Shown piece by piece: positions 18,748 through 28,773 of a stretch of DNA of 64,000 bases. The notes beneath the pieces were generated by a model. That model saw nothing but the letters and a program-made list of their open reading frames with translations, made no database searches and was not told the DNA's origin. Source of the stretch: an archaeon (GTDB taxonomy: Archaea > Iainarchaeota > Iainarchaeia > Iainarchaeales > Iainarchaeaceae); contig DASRUN010000023.1 of the NCBI GenBank assembly GCA_035655435.1, positions 29,437-93,436 on the forward strand, in the 5' to 3' direction. How positions within the stretch are numbered: the first letter of the stretch is position 1; each line of letters opens with the position of its first letter. The position numbers and the translations under genes are program-made.

Positions 18748-20123
18748 TTTTTTTTGAGAAACTTTGAGTATTGTGCTAATTCTTTCAATGCTTGCGCTGC
18801 GAGTGTTGGATAGGGGATTGTTGTAAAACCCGCATTTTCTACTTTGCGAAGGTATTTTTTTGTGAACCCGCTTCCTATTGAGCATACAACCGCTGGCTTT
18901 GAAACCTTTAATTTTGCTCTGTTCAGTTCTTTTATGTGTTCAAGCCTGATTGTGGGCAGATTGAAAAGTATTAGTATTATGAGTATGTCCACATTCGGGT
19001 CTTTTGTAACGCTTGTAATTGCCTTTTTGTAATCGCTTATTGTAGCATCTCCTAAAAGGTCAAGCGGGTTTCCAATGTTTGCATTCGGAATTTCCTTTTT
19101 GAGTTGTTTGATTGTTTTTTTTGATAATTTTGCAAGTTCCAATTTGTTCTGTATTATTTGATCTGCTGTTACAATTCCAAATCCTCCTCCATTTGTAATT
19201 ATTTGCACCCTATTTCCTTTTGGAAGCGGTTCTTTTTCAAGTATTCTAGCTATGTTAAACAAATCCAACAAATCGTTTGCCTCTATTATGCCGGCTTGTT
19301 TGAATACCGCTTCATAAACTTTTGATGAGCCGGCAAGAGATCCTGTATGTGATGCTGCTGCTTTTGTTGTTTCCTCGTGTTTTCCACCTTTGAGTATTAT
19401 GATTGGTTTTTTTTTGGAAACCTTTTTTGCTGTTTTAAAAAATTTTTTCCCGTCGCGCGCGCCTTCTAAGTACGCTGTTATTACTTTTGTTCCCTTGTCC
19501 TCTCCAAAGTATTCTAGAAGATCGGCCTCATCCACATCCATTGCATTTCCATAAGATGCGAATTTGTTGATTCCAAATTCCTGTGTTGCAACCCAGTCAA
19601 GTATCATTGCCCCCAATGCCCCTGATTGGGAGATGAATGAGAGATTCCCTTTTTTGGGTTGTTTCATCCTACTTTTTTCGAAAAAAGTAGTATCCACATT
19701 GTTCATGTTATTTGTGATTCCAACGCAGTTAGGTCCTATTACTCGTGTTTGCGGATTTTTCCTTATTAGTTCCGCTATTTCTTTTGTAAGTTTTTTTTCC
19801 CCTGTTTCGGAAAAGCCTGCGCTTATGATTATGACCGCTTTCATTCCTGCTTTCATGCATTCTTCAAGCGTTTTTGGAACTAAAACAGAGGGAAGCACTA
19901 TTACTCCTAATTCTGTTTTTTGAGGAATGCTTTGAATGCTTGGATAGCTTTTTTTTCCTTGTACGATTTTGTGTTTTGGGTTTATTGCGAATAATTTTTT
20001 TATTTTCGCTTTTTTGAGGTTTTCAAAAATGGTGTAGCCTACTTTTCCTTTTTTGTTTGACACGCCTATTACGGCTACTGTTTTTGGCGAAAAAAACGGT
20101 TCAAGTGTTTTTGGTGTTTGCAT
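18744..20123 (-). CDS. acetyl-CoA synthetase (ADP-forming) alpha subunit / CoA-binding succinyl-CoA synthetase-like protein
   Basis: KTVAVIGVSNKKGKVG CoA-binding N-terminus, ligase-CoA flavodoxin-like domain. Confidence 0.7.
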   Translation of the reverse strand: MQTPKTLEPFFSPKTVAVIGVSNKKGKVGYTIFENLKKAKIKKLFAINPKHKIVQGKKSYPSIQSIPQKTELGVIVLPSVLVPKTLEECMKAGMKAVIIISAGFSETGEKKLTKEIAELIRKNPQTRVIGPNCVGITNNMNNVDTTFFEKSRMKQPKKGNLSFISQSGALGAMILDWVATQEFGINKFASYGNAMDVDEADLLEYFGEDKGTKVITAYLEGARDGKKFFKTAKKVSKKKPIIILKGGKHEETTKAAASHTGSLAGSSKVYEAVFKQAGIIEANDLLDLFNIARILEKEPLPKGNRVQIITNGGGFGIVTADQIIQNKLELAKLSKKTIKQLKKEIPNANIGNPLDLLGDATISDYKKAITSVTKDPNVDILIILILFNLPTIRLEHIKELNRAKLKVSKPAVVCSIGSGFTKKYLRKVENAGFTTIPYPTLAAQALKELAQYSKFLKKN

Positions 20124-20159
20124 TGCTATGAATTCCTTTTTAGTTGTTAATTAAATTAT

Positions 20160-21026
20160 CTACAGATTTGGAACGCACACCCTTCCAACACAATGCGAGA
20201 CGCTGGGGCAGAGCTTTTCCTTGTAAAGCGGATCAACGCCAAGACAGCATCTTGTTGGACATTCCGGCTTTTCGCAGGTTCCATTATTGCATATTCCGTT
20301 ATTAGGGCAGATTTTGTCCTCAAATCCTTGTTTTCCAACGCAGCATTCATTATTGCATGCTCTCAATCTACATTCATTGTTCACGCATTCCATGTTGTTT
20401 TCGCATAATTTGTCCGTGTAATTTGCATTTTTTTCACAGCATCCGTATGGGCATTGCGGGAGAACGCATTCGTATCTTTCGCACACCAATCCTTGGGGAC
20501 ATTCTTTTCTTATGAAATCCTCAAGAACACAGCATTGTGATGTGCATTCCCGTAGTTCGCATTTATTGTTCCTGCATGTCTGGTTTCCGGGGCAAAGTTT
20601 TTTTTGGTTGTTTATTCCGTTGCAGCATTCGAATTCTTCCGGGCAAACAGGTTTTCCTTCTCCAGTTGCATAAAGGCTTTGCAAATATTCATCGCTATAA
20701 TTTCCGTTTCCTCCAAGATTATTTTGTGTTGTTTGCTGGAAAATTTGCTGAAAATTAAGTGCCAAGTATATTACTCCAGTAATGAAAAGCAATCCAACTA
20801 TTATTCCTAAATACAATGCGAGTTTTTTTGGGCCTCGAATTTCTTTTTTATAGGTTAATTGTGTTCCGCGGAAATTCTCTTTGTTTTTTGCCGGTATCAA
20901 TTCGCTTAGTTCTTTTCTCTTGAGGAACGGTCTCCTGATTCCTTCCTTTGTCTCAAAAACAGAGTTAAGGTCCTCTTCGCTGATAAGCGGTGCTTCTGTT
21001 GAATTTTGTTCGCGTCTGTTGTGCAT
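20160..21026 (-). CDS. Cys-rich repeat type-II membrane protein, hypothetical
   Basis: Cytoplasmic N-terminus, one TM, then three ~45-aa repeats C-x-NN-x-C-x-LR-x-C...CC (48 Cys in extracellular part). Confidence 0.6.
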   Translation of the reverse strand: MHNRREQNSTEAPLISEEDLNSVFETKEGIRRPFLKRKELSELIPAKNKENFRGTQLTYKKEIRGPKKLALYLGIIVGLLFITGVIYLALNFQQIFQQTTQNNLGGNGNYSDEYLQSLYATGEGKPVCPEEFECCNGINNQKKLCPGNQTCRNNKCELRECTSQCCVLEDFIRKECPQGLVCERYECVLPQCPYGCCEKNANYTDKLCENNMECVNNECRLRACNNECCVGKQGFEDKICPNNGICNNGTCEKPECPTRCCLGVDPLYKEKLCPSVSHCVGRVCVPNL

Positions 21027-21050
21027 GAAAATTAATTGTTTTTATTTGTA

Positions 21051-21437
21051 TTAAATCTTTTGGAATTTTATTGCCCAGCTTCCTCTTTCTTCAGGTGTTG
21101 GCTCTCTTATATATCTTCCTCGTTTTGTGACCACTTTGAGCTCTTTCTTAAAACTCTTCTTGTCCTCGACAGGACATAATATGTTGCCATTTTCCATTTC
21201 AATACTCCTTCTTGTTCTGTAATAATAGTTGGAGTCCGAAACAGATGCTCTAACCTGGTGGCGTCCCTTTTTTATCATTACTCTTACACTTCCATGATTA
21301 TCCTTTGCAATCGACAGAACTTTTCCACCCACTTCCAGAACTGTTCTGTTAACTTCCCGGATTTCACGCCAAAGCGGAAGAGGTTCAACTCCGTGGTGGG
21401 TGCCAACAGCTCTGATTTTGTGCATTCTGCTTGTCAT
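21051..21437 (-). CDS. rpl21e: ribosomal protein L21e (tentative)
   Basis: HKIRAVGTHHGVEPLPLWREI resembles RKHGVVPLATYMRI of L21e; basic 128 aa. Confidence 0.45.
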   Translation of the reverse strand: MTSRMHKIRAVGTHHGVEPLPLWREIREVNRTVLEVGGKVLSIAKDNHGSVRVMIKKGRHQVRASVSDSNYYYRTRRSIEMENGNILCPVEDKKSFKKELKVVTKRGRYIREPTPEERGSWAIKFQKI

Positions 21438-21545
21438 TTAATTAGAATATGTTATTTTTGAATTTAAAGTTATGCGGGAATTTAGTGCATAAATCATTTA
21501 TGGATTAGAATATTGAAAATTTAATTATCTTCCAGGCCTTTTGAA

Positions 21546-22298
21546 TCATTTTTTTCTTGGAGCTGGGCGTTTCATTACTTTTACCTTATTTGGTTTTTGT
21601 GGTTGCAATTGTTCCAACGATTTCCTTGCGAGAGCTTCAGCATACCTTCTTTGCACCGAGCCGGATCTCCCGCCTGCGTGGCCGGTTTTTAGTTTTCGGA
21701 TTGCAAGGGCAATATCAAATTTCTTTACATCCCTTACCGCATGGTTTCTGAAAATAAAAACAAATTTGTGGTGGAACGCATCCATCTCAGCTTTTACGCG
21801 GTTTGCCTTTGCAAGTAATTCGCCTTTCTTTTTCCTGTTTTGTTCCGTTGAAGCGAGCCTTTGTAACTCTGAATATTCTTCTCTTGCTTTTCTTAGCTGT
21901 CCTTTGAGCTTTACACCGCCGGGAATTGTCTCCATAAGCTCTTCCTTTTCATGAAAATTTTTGCTTAACCACAGTTCCTCTATTTTTTTGTAGGTTTTCG
22001 GGTCTGTATGCGCGAGAGATCGGAGGGCAGCGTCGATATAAACAAAAAGCTCGTGGCGTTTAAGAAATTCTTTTTGTGCTTCATTTGTAATGATATCCAA
22101 TTCCGCAGCCGCCTCAAGTATCGCTGCAGGGCTGTTGAGTGTTCCGCTTATGCTACTGTTTTTTGATTTTGCAATTTCGCTAATAAGATCTGCATAGCCA
22201 AGCCGATCAATTTCCATCATTGAAAGATTATTGCCCATTGCAATTGAATCAATGCATTTGGCAAGCATGGCGTAAATTTGTTGTTGTGTTATAGACAT
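21546..22298 (-). CDS. hypothetical helical protein with basic C-terminal tail
   Basis: ORF only. Confidence 0.4.
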   Translation of the reverse strand: MSITQQQIYAMLAKCIDSIAMGNNLSMMEIDRLGYADLISEIAKSKNSSISGTLNSPAAILEAAAELDIITNEAQKEFLKRHELFVYIDAALRSLAHTDPKTYKKIEELWLSKNFHEKEELMETIPGGVKLKGQLRKAREEYSELQRLASTEQNRKKKGELLAKANRVKAEMDAFHHKFVFIFRNHAVRDVKKFDIALAIRKLKTGHAGGRSGSVQRRYAEALARKSLEQLQPQKPNKVKVMKRPAPRKK

Positions 22299-22369
22299 TT
22301 CATCACAATAGCCATTTTTTCCTAAATTGTAATTCTTTCTTTGTCAGCATGGCCTTGCCCCTGTTGTTT

Positions 22370-24970
22370 TTACGGCAAAAAGTCTTTGCTTTTGATTTTT
22401 TTGGGCAAGTATTCGTCTGCAACAAATGAAAGTGATCTGTTTGCAAGTGCCTGTTGTTCTATCCTGATTTTCATTTGGATTGCTTTTTTGAGTTCGTCCT
22501 GCCATGCCTTATTCTGGAACCATGGATAATCAAGCATTTCCTTTGCCCTTTTCACATCGCCTTCCTTCATTCTTTCCGTTACGTTCTGCAGTTTGAATTC
22601 TTCCACATCTTCCAATGTCATTCCAATGTATTTTGCATCCGGAACAGCAAGGAAATCAGAGTGCGCCGCCAACGCCATTGAACCCTGCTTTACAACGCTG
22701 TAAATGTACCATCCGTAAGGGTCACCGTCCGTGTTGTGTACGCAAATGTTATTTGCGAAGAACCTATGGGTTGAAGACATTTCAATGTCATAAACAAAGT
22801 TTTCCTCCGGCTTTACCTCGGTTATTTCTTTTATTCTTGTGAGGGTTATTTTTTGGTCCAAAAAATTGTTTAGAACCGAAAGCCGTTCATCATCGGAATC
22901 CTTGGTTAAGCCTCTTAATTTTTCCTTGGATATTCTCGGCCACTGGAATGTTGATGGGGGTAGTTTTTTTCCAAGCTTTCCCTCGAATAATTCCCTCAAC
23001 ATGGGCCTGAACTGCTGTACAAACTCGTTTGGAAGGGAATCTATTTTGCCGGTTTTCCTGAACCTGTTTTTAATGTGTTTCAGTGCTCCCTTGTTTAAAT
23101 CCGCCACAATTTCTTCCAGCCCCTGCAATGATTCCTTGTTTGCAATGCTGACCAAGTAAGTGATATTTCTGGATTGTATGCTGTATGTTTTGCGCCCGCG
23201 GTTTGTAACTAAATCCACTTCATGTGCTTCCGAGCTTTCCTTGGGGTGTTGAATAGTGGCCGGGCAGCCAAGTTGTGCGGTCAGCATTACGAGATCGTAA
23301 GCAAGTTTTTTGCTTACTGTTTTTGCCCAAAGTTCTGCCGAAGATTTGCTTTCCTTGAAATCAACCCTTCCGTCTCCCCTGAAATATCCTTTCAGGAAAG
23401 CCTTTTTTGCGTTCGAGGGCACGTTAAAGACAATTGAAGGGATTTCTTTTTTCGTGGAACCTGTTTTTCCCATATTCCTGAAAATTCCCGCCACTATTGT
23501 ATTGTTTATCGCTATTTGGGTTTCGCTCGAATGCGGATTGTTTTGTGTTGTGTCAAGTCCGAATACATTTTTTGCAATTTTCTTCACGTCTTCAATGTAT
23601 TCCGTTTCATTGGCGTTGAAGCTGAAGAACACTTGGTAATCGTTGCAATGGCCCTCCGCCGCATAATAACCCAAGAGTCTACAGAATTCCTCCAAATTAT
23701 TTTGTTCGACAAACCTTGGAGTTTTTGTTTTTGAGTTTTTGTTTATGATCCAGTTTTCCGTGATATTAACTTTTTCTGTGAGTGCAAACTCCGCCAAATC
23801 AACGGTTTTCAGGCTTTCATTGTTCGGGATTTCAAGGTTTACAATGAGAAAATCCTTTTTCATATTGATTTCGCCGGGTTTTTTTTCTAAAAATTGTTTT
23901 TTCCCGGAATCCCAGACTATGATGCTGTGCGATTTTGTTGCCTTTACACTATATCCCAATTCCGATTTTATTTCGAACAATTCCTCTGTAATAGGGTGCC
24001 TGATAATCTGGAAAATAGGCTCTTTGTACACTTTAGTATTGTCGAAGGTGAAGGAGCTTGCCGTTGATTCCGCCCTCTCGTTTTCGAAGGGGTATTTTAT
24101 TTTTATCGATGGCTTTCCATCAAACAACTCTTTTATTTTGACGTTTTTCAACAAACCGTTTTCTTCGATCGCAATTGTCTCATTTCCTTCAACGCTGAAC
24201 ATGTACACAGGAAGATCCGCTTCTTTTGCTATCCTGTGTATTAATCTTCTTGTTCCTCGCGCAGCCTGTCCTCCTGTGCTGATCAAAATGGCTTTGTTTT
24301 TTTTGGCAAAATCTTCTTCCACAAGCCTTTCGTACATTGCCTCTGTTTCAATTACAAGGACGTATTCGGCGTCAACTTTTTTGATTTCAATTTCTTCAGG
24401 TTCAACTCTGCTCATGATGCTCCAGCCGCCTCTTCCAAGTTTTGCGGCGTTGAATTCGTCGTTGTTGTGTTTTCTGTCTACAAGTGTTATGTCTCCGTAA
24501 AGAGTTCCTTTTGGGTTTGCGTGCAAATTCAATTTTTCTCTTATTGTGTCAACGCTGTGTTCCAAATCAACTATGCATGCATCGCTTTCGGTTTGGTCTT
24601 CGAATGTGTTTTCCTTGCTTTTCCCGAGAGTGTGCTTTAGTTCGTAGTAAACTTCTCTGATTGATGCGGTTTTGTTTTCGTTGAGGTAATTGTATGTTTT
24701 GGATGTAACCATCATTGTTTGCATGAATTTTTTTGCGTGACCGATGTTCAAAAAATTCCTTGATGTTATTTTGTCTCCGAGAGTTAATACTTTTTTGTCT
24801 TCGTTGAATTCAACGTTGCTTTTTCCTCTTTGTTGTGTTGTAAAGGTTGGGTCTTTCTGTTGATCTATATCCTTTGTAATTCCTTCGGCCATTGTTTTGA
24901 GCTTGGCTGCAATTTCCTTTGTATCAACTATTTCAGACACTATTTTTTTCGGTTTTTTTTCTTTTGACAT
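22370..24970 (-). CDS. top6A: DNA topoisomerase VI subunit A (Spo11 family) interrupted by an intein
   Basis: VLVIETEAMYERL, GGQAARGTRRL, LPVYMF|intein|TDGDPYGWYIY (Toprim DxD); mature about 378 aa. Confidence 0.85.
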   Translation of the reverse strand: MSKEKKPKKIVSEIVDTKEIAAKLKTMAEGITKDIDQQKDPTFTTQQRGKSNVEFNEDKKVLTLGDKITSRNFLNIGHAKKFMQTMMVTSKTYNYLNENKTASIREVYYELKHTLGKSKENTFEDQTESDACIVDLEHSVDTIREKLNLHANPKGTLYGDITLVDRKHNNDEFNAAKLGRGGWSIMSRVEPEEIEIKKVDAEYVLVIETEAMYERLVEEDFAKKNKAILISTGGQAARGTRRLIHRIAKEADLPVYMFSVEGNETIAIEENGLLKNVKIKELFDGKPSIKIKYPFENERAESTASSFTFDNTKVYKEPIFQIIRHPITEELFEIKSELGYSVKATKSHSIIVWDSGKKQFLEKKPGEINMKKDFLIVNLEIPNNESLKTVDLAEFALTEKVNITENWIINKNSKTKTPRFVEQNNLEEFCRLLGYYAAEGHCNDYQVFFSFNANETEYIEDVKKIAKNVFGLDTTQNNPHSSETQIAINNTIVAGIFRNMGKTGSTKKEIPSIVFNVPSNAKKAFLKGYFRGDGRVDFKESKSSAELWAKTVSKKLAYDLVMLTAQLGCPATIQHPKESSEAHEVDLVTNRGRKTYSIQSRNITYLVSIANKESLQGLEEIVADLNKGALKHIKNRFRKTGKIDSLPNEFVQQFRPMLRELFEGKLGKKLPPSTFQWPRISKEKLRGLTKDSDDERLSVLNNFLDQKITLTRIKEITEVKPEENFVYDIEMSSTHRFFANNICVHNTDGDPYGWYIYSVVKQGSMALAAHSDFLAVPDAKYIGMTLEDVEEFKLQNVTERMKEGDVKRAKEMLDYPWFQNKAWQDELKKAIQMKIRIEQQALANRSLSFVADEYLPKKIKSKDFLP
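22733..24196 (-). mobile_element. intein (488 aa) with LAGLIDADG domain in Top6A Toprim motif
   Basis: Begins Ser259 (SVEGNETIAI), ends VHN + Thr; LLGYYAAEGHCND and LKGYFRGDGRVDF blocks. Confidence 0.75.
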
Positions 24971-26688
24971 TATTCTTCAGCCCCCGCTTCTTCTTCCTCT
25001 TCAGCTTCTTTTTTTGCCTTCTTTTCCTTTGCTTTTTTTTCCGTGTCCTTTGATGTTTCTTCTATTTCCTCGTGTATTTGTGCTGCCTCTTCGCTTTCTT
25101 CTTCAAGTTTTAGTTTTTCAAGCACGAGTTTTTCAAGGTTTTTTTCAATTTTTTTCTTGTCTTTTTTTGTAAGATCTCCGAGTGCGTTTGCGATTTCGGG
25201 AATAAATTTGAAGAAGAGTTCTTTTTTCATTTTCTTTTCCATTTCTCTTCTTTTTCCGGCAATATATGCAGCGGCTTTTCTTCCGGAATCCATTAAAGCC
25301 AATCTTAGTTCTTCCATTATTTCTTCTTCATCGCTAATAGCTTGTTTTCCCGCGCTTGTGTATGGAATGTGCACTGAAATTAGGTTTACAAAAATCGTTA
25401 TGGGGGAGGTTTCAAAGTTTTTTACTCCGTATCTTTTCCAGTCAATGCTTTGAACCGCTTTTGTTATTGCGCATCCGCCCGTGTCAAAGAGTAATGGGGC
25501 TCTATTTGCGAATCTCATTATTTCCATTTTTCTCTCTGTTTTTCCTTCTTCATTAAGGACTCCGGAATCCTTTCCGGCTTCTCCGCCGTATGCTATTCCG
25601 ACTTCCACCTGGAATGGAAATCCTCCGCTGTAAACGCTTGCTTTTCTTGTTACAACCGATAAAAATTCGGGCTTTACAATGCTTTCAAGGCTTTTCAGTA
25701 TTCTGTCTTCGCCTATTGGTCTTAGTCCGTCTGTTCGCGGAGCAATGAAATTTATTTTTTTGAACATTTTGACTATTTCTTCTGCCTCTTCCCAGGTTAA
25801 TTGTCTCGGGTCTTTTTTGAGGTCAAAGGAAATGTGTTTTGCTATTTCTTCTATTGCTTTGTCTCCCATTCTGTCAAAGCTGTTTTTCAAAAATGTTGAT
25901 GCGCTTCGGCTATCGGTGTATTTTGCAAGTGTATTCAGTTCATCAACCGTAACTCCTTTTGGATGTGGTTGCATTTCCAATGGTTGTTTTGGAATATCAT
26001 TCAATGTTCTTTTGAAAACAATTTTGTTGTTGCTCGGTTCTATAAGTGTTATTTTTGCGTGCGGGTTTGCGATTGCGGTTCTTCTTAGATATTCAAGCGG
26101 TGCTTGTTCCGAATTTACATATTTCACTCCTTTGAATTTTGCTTTGATTAGTGTTCCTTTGAATTCTTTGTTGAGTTCCTGGAGGTTTGCAATTTTTGCC
26201 TGGTTTTTTTTCGGGTCAACTGTTATTTCTAAACTAATTGGTTTTCCCTTGTTTGTTCCTGTAATAACTTGCGTTGCTTTTCCTGTTGTTATTTGCGCGA
26301 GCATTGTACATCCTGCAGCTCCAATTCCCTGTTGTCCGCGCATTTGCATCATTCTGTGGAATTTTGTTCCCGCCAATAATTGTCCGAGTGCTTTTCCCAC
26401 GGTTTCTTTTGTTAATCCGGGGCCATTGTCTTTTACCGTTATTTCATAATATTCATTTCCAAGTTCTTTGATTTGTACTTCGATATCGGGAAGAATTTTT
26501 GCTTCTTCGCATGCATCAAGAGAATTTGTTACATATTCATGTACAATTGTTGTTAGCGCTTTTATTTTTCCTGTTAATCCCAGCATTTGCATGTTCTTTT
26601 TGAAGAATTCAGCAACTGAATGTTCTTTGAATTCTTTTGCGATTTCTTCCGCGCCTTTCGTGGTTTCGATTTCTTCTTTTTCCGCCAT
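24970..26688 (-). CDS. top6B: DNA topoisomerase VI subunit B (GHKL ATPase) with acidic/Lys-rich C-terminal tail
   Basis: YVTNSLDACEE Bergerat motif, GxGxG region, transducer domain; stop abuts top6A start (TAATG). Confidence 0.85.
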   Translation of the reverse strand: MAEKEEIETTKGAEEIAKEFKEHSVAEFFKKNMQMLGLTGKIKALTTIVHEYVTNSLDACEEAKILPDIEVQIKELGNEYYEITVKDNGPGLTKETVGKALGQLLAGTKFHRMMQMRGQQGIGAAGCTMLAQITTGKATQVITGTNKGKPISLEITVDPKKNQAKIANLQELNKEFKGTLIKAKFKGVKYVNSEQAPLEYLRRTAIANPHAKITLIEPSNNKIVFKRTLNDIPKQPLEMQPHPKGVTVDELNTLAKYTDSRSASTFLKNSFDRMGDKAIEEIAKHISFDLKKDPRQLTWEEAEEIVKMFKKINFIAPRTDGLRPIGEDRILKSLESIVKPEFLSVVTRKASVYSGGFPFQVEVGIAYGGEAGKDSGVLNEEGKTERKMEIMRFANRAPLLFDTGGCAITKAVQSIDWKRYGVKNFETSPITIFVNLISVHIPYTSAGKQAISDEEEIMEELRLALMDSGRKAAAYIAGKRREMEKKMKKELFFKFIPEIANALGDLTKKDKKKIEKNLEKLVLEKLKLEEESEEAAQIHEEIEETSKDTEKKAKEKKAKKEAEEEEEAGAEE

Positions 26689-26693
26689 TTTTT

Positions 26694-27230
26694 TTACAAC
26701 TCGAATTTTCCTTTTTCAAAATCTTTTTTCAAATAATCGTAAGCCATGTCGTGTGAGGCGCCCCCAAGAAGGAGGTTTATCGCTCTTATTGCTTTTTGTA
26801 TTTCCTCTGGTTTTCCTATAATGCTTATTGTTTTTCCGTAAACGCTTATTTTCGTTCCGGATTCGTGCTCTATTTCGTTCCTTGCCTTTCCTTTAGCTCC
26901 TATTACCCTTCCTTTTTTTGCTGTGATGGCACTCTTATTCTTTCCCACCGTATCTCTAACATCAATTATTTCCAATACTCTCTCGTCTTGCAAGAGCAAG
27001 AGTGCATTTTCGGGGGAAAAACCCCTTGCTATTGCCTTTGTAATCGAAAGTGCTTTAAGGTATTTGAGTACGTCCCCTTTTTGAGTTATCTCTACTTCCC
27101 CTTCTTCGCTCTCAATATCGATTTTGGTCTGAGTTTTCTTCTCAATCTGCCTTTTAACGGCTCCTTTTGGTCCAATAAGCACGCCAATCCTGTCGTGAGG
27201 CACCAAAAGAATCTCAGAGCTTTCTTCCAT
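26694..27230 (-). CDS. KH-domain RNA-binding protein (two KH domains; aDim2/Pno1-like)
   Basis: VLIGPKGAVKRQIE and VIGAKGKARNEIE GxxG KH loops. Confidence 0.6.
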   Translation of the reverse strand: MEESSEILLVPHDRIGVLIGPKGAVKRQIEKKTQTKIDIESEEGEVEITQKGDVLKYLKALSITKAIARGFSPENALLLLQDERVLEIIDVRDTVGKNKSAITAKKGRVIGAKGKARNEIEHESGTKISVYGKTISIIGKPEEIQKAIRAINLLLGGASHDMAYDYLKKDFEKGKFEL

Positions 27231-27341
27231 TATTTATCATATAATAGAATCTATATATTATTATATATTGCTAAAATTTCGGCGAAATTACCTCAAATCG
27301 CATAGGTTAATCTTTTTAAGTAGGTCATTTGAAATCTTTTC

Positions 27342-27962
27342 ATGCCAGAACTGATTAGAAAAAGTTCTTCCGGAAAAGTCTTCCGACCTCCTCCTGGGGA
27401 GAGGTGGCGTGCAGCCAGACTTGGCAATATGGGGGTGTTGGTTCGAGAGCAGAGGCAAATAACATTAAAAACAGCGGTTAGATTGCTTGTTCTTGAGCCT
27501 GTGGAAAGTGAACAGGAGTTTAGCGGCAAATGGCCGTCTGCCAGAGGCAAGCTTACTGAAAAAAAAATAAGGGGAATTAGAAGTAGGTTCAGGAAGAAAA
27601 TTCGTGTTTTTGAAAAATTTAAAAAATATTTGGATAAAAGTTGGCTGTCAAATGTTGCAGACCCTTTTATTTTGCGATTGGAAAAAATAAATGAGCTTTA
27701 CATCGTATTGGCAGAAATCGGCCCGCAAGACACTGCTGCATTTGTGAGACTTCTAAAAAACCCATTTCTGGCAAGCCATTTTCTGAATTCTGCTCTCAAA
27801 AGTCCAAAAGAAGCAGAGAAATTAGTTTATCTAATAAAACAGGTGGGGTCTGCACGAGCTGCAAATCTGTTTTCCGGATTCTCTAATGGCCAGAGTGCAG
27901 TTGAGCGATTCTCTAATACGGCAATTCAATCATTGATTAAAATCGCGACGAAAACAAAATAG
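27342..27962 (+). CDS. hypothetical protein; 5' third is GC-rich and Arg-rich and may not be coding
   Basis: ORF only; both strands open across 27380..27560 GC island. Confidence 0.3.
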   Translation: MPELIRKSSSGKVFRPPPGERWRAARLGNMGVLVREQRQITLKTAVRLLVLEPVESEQEFSGKWPSARGKLTEKKIRGIRSRFRKKIRVFEKFKKYLDKSWLSNVADPFILRLEKINELYIVLAEIGPQDTAAFVRLLKNPFLASHFLNSALKSPKEAEKLVYLIKQVGSARAANLFSGFSNGQSAVERFSNTAIQSLIKIATKTK

Positions 27963-27964
27963 TT

Positions 27965-28735
27965 TCACTCCAATTCTTCTTTTCTTTTTTTCACTTCCGC
28001 GTAAAAAGAATTTTGATCTGTTTCGATTCCGTTTTTTGAAAAATAATTCGCCATGTTGAAAACATCTCTTTCGAAAAATTCCCTTGCTTTTGGATGACTC
28101 AATAAAACCGATTGTGCGAAATCTATGAAAAACAATTTATTTTTTCTCACTAGAATATTATATTCCGAAAGATCCGCATGCACTAATCCCGCGATATAAA
28201 GTTTTGCCATGAAATCTATTGTTTGTTCTTTAAATTCTTCCAATTGTTTTTTGTTCGGCTTTTCATCTTTCAATCTTTGTGATGGAATTTCTTTTTCTCC
28301 AATAAATTCCATTACTATTACATTTTCCTTGAATCCAAGTGGAACCGGCGTGCTTAGTTTTGCTTTGTTTGCTATGAGCATGTTTTTGTATTCTTTTCTT
28401 GTCCAAGCAAAAACCAGGTTTTTCCTGTCTTTTTTCAGATCCTGGAATCGGTTGTCATCTTTGATGTAATCGATCATTCTCTTGAAATCGGTTGTTTCTT
28501 TTTTGAATATTTTTATTGCGCGTGTGTTTCCCGCTCCGTCGCGTGCCGCAAACACATGCGCTTCTTTTCCCGTGCTTACAATATGTTCTAGAACATCAAA
28601 CATTCCTTTAGTTGCAAGGTCATGCACCGCAAGAATTGTTTGCCTGTCAAAAACCTTTTCGAATATTTTTCGATCCGCTTCCTGGCGAATCCTTTGCTTC
28701 AACACTTCATAATCGTGTTCGTAGAATTGATCCAT
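27965..28735 (-). CDS. rio1: RIO-type serine/threonine protein kinase (Rio1)
   Basis: LVHADLSEYNILV catalytic loop, ATP-binding K, flexible loop. Confidence 0.85.
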   Translation of the reverse strand: MDQFYEHDYEVLKQRIRQEADRKIFEKVFDRQTILAVHDLATKGMFDVLEHIVSTGKEAHVFAARDGAGNTRAIKIFKKETTDFKRMIDYIKDDNRFQDLKKDRKNLVFAWTRKEYKNMLIANKAKLSTPVPLGFKENVIVMEFIGEKEIPSQRLKDEKPNKKQLEEFKEQTIDFMAKLYIAGLVHADLSEYNILVRKNKLFFIDFAQSVLLSHPKAREFFERDVFNMANYFSKNGIETDQNSFYAEVKKRKEELE

Positions 28736-28773
28736 AAAAAGTATTTCAAAAAAGAGTTTATAAGAAGATTATT

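Noticed and set aside
27380-27560. tRNA hidden in the GC-rich island (GGTTCGAGAGC word)
   Set aside because: No T-stem complementarity around the TTCGAGA loop and no acceptor pairing.
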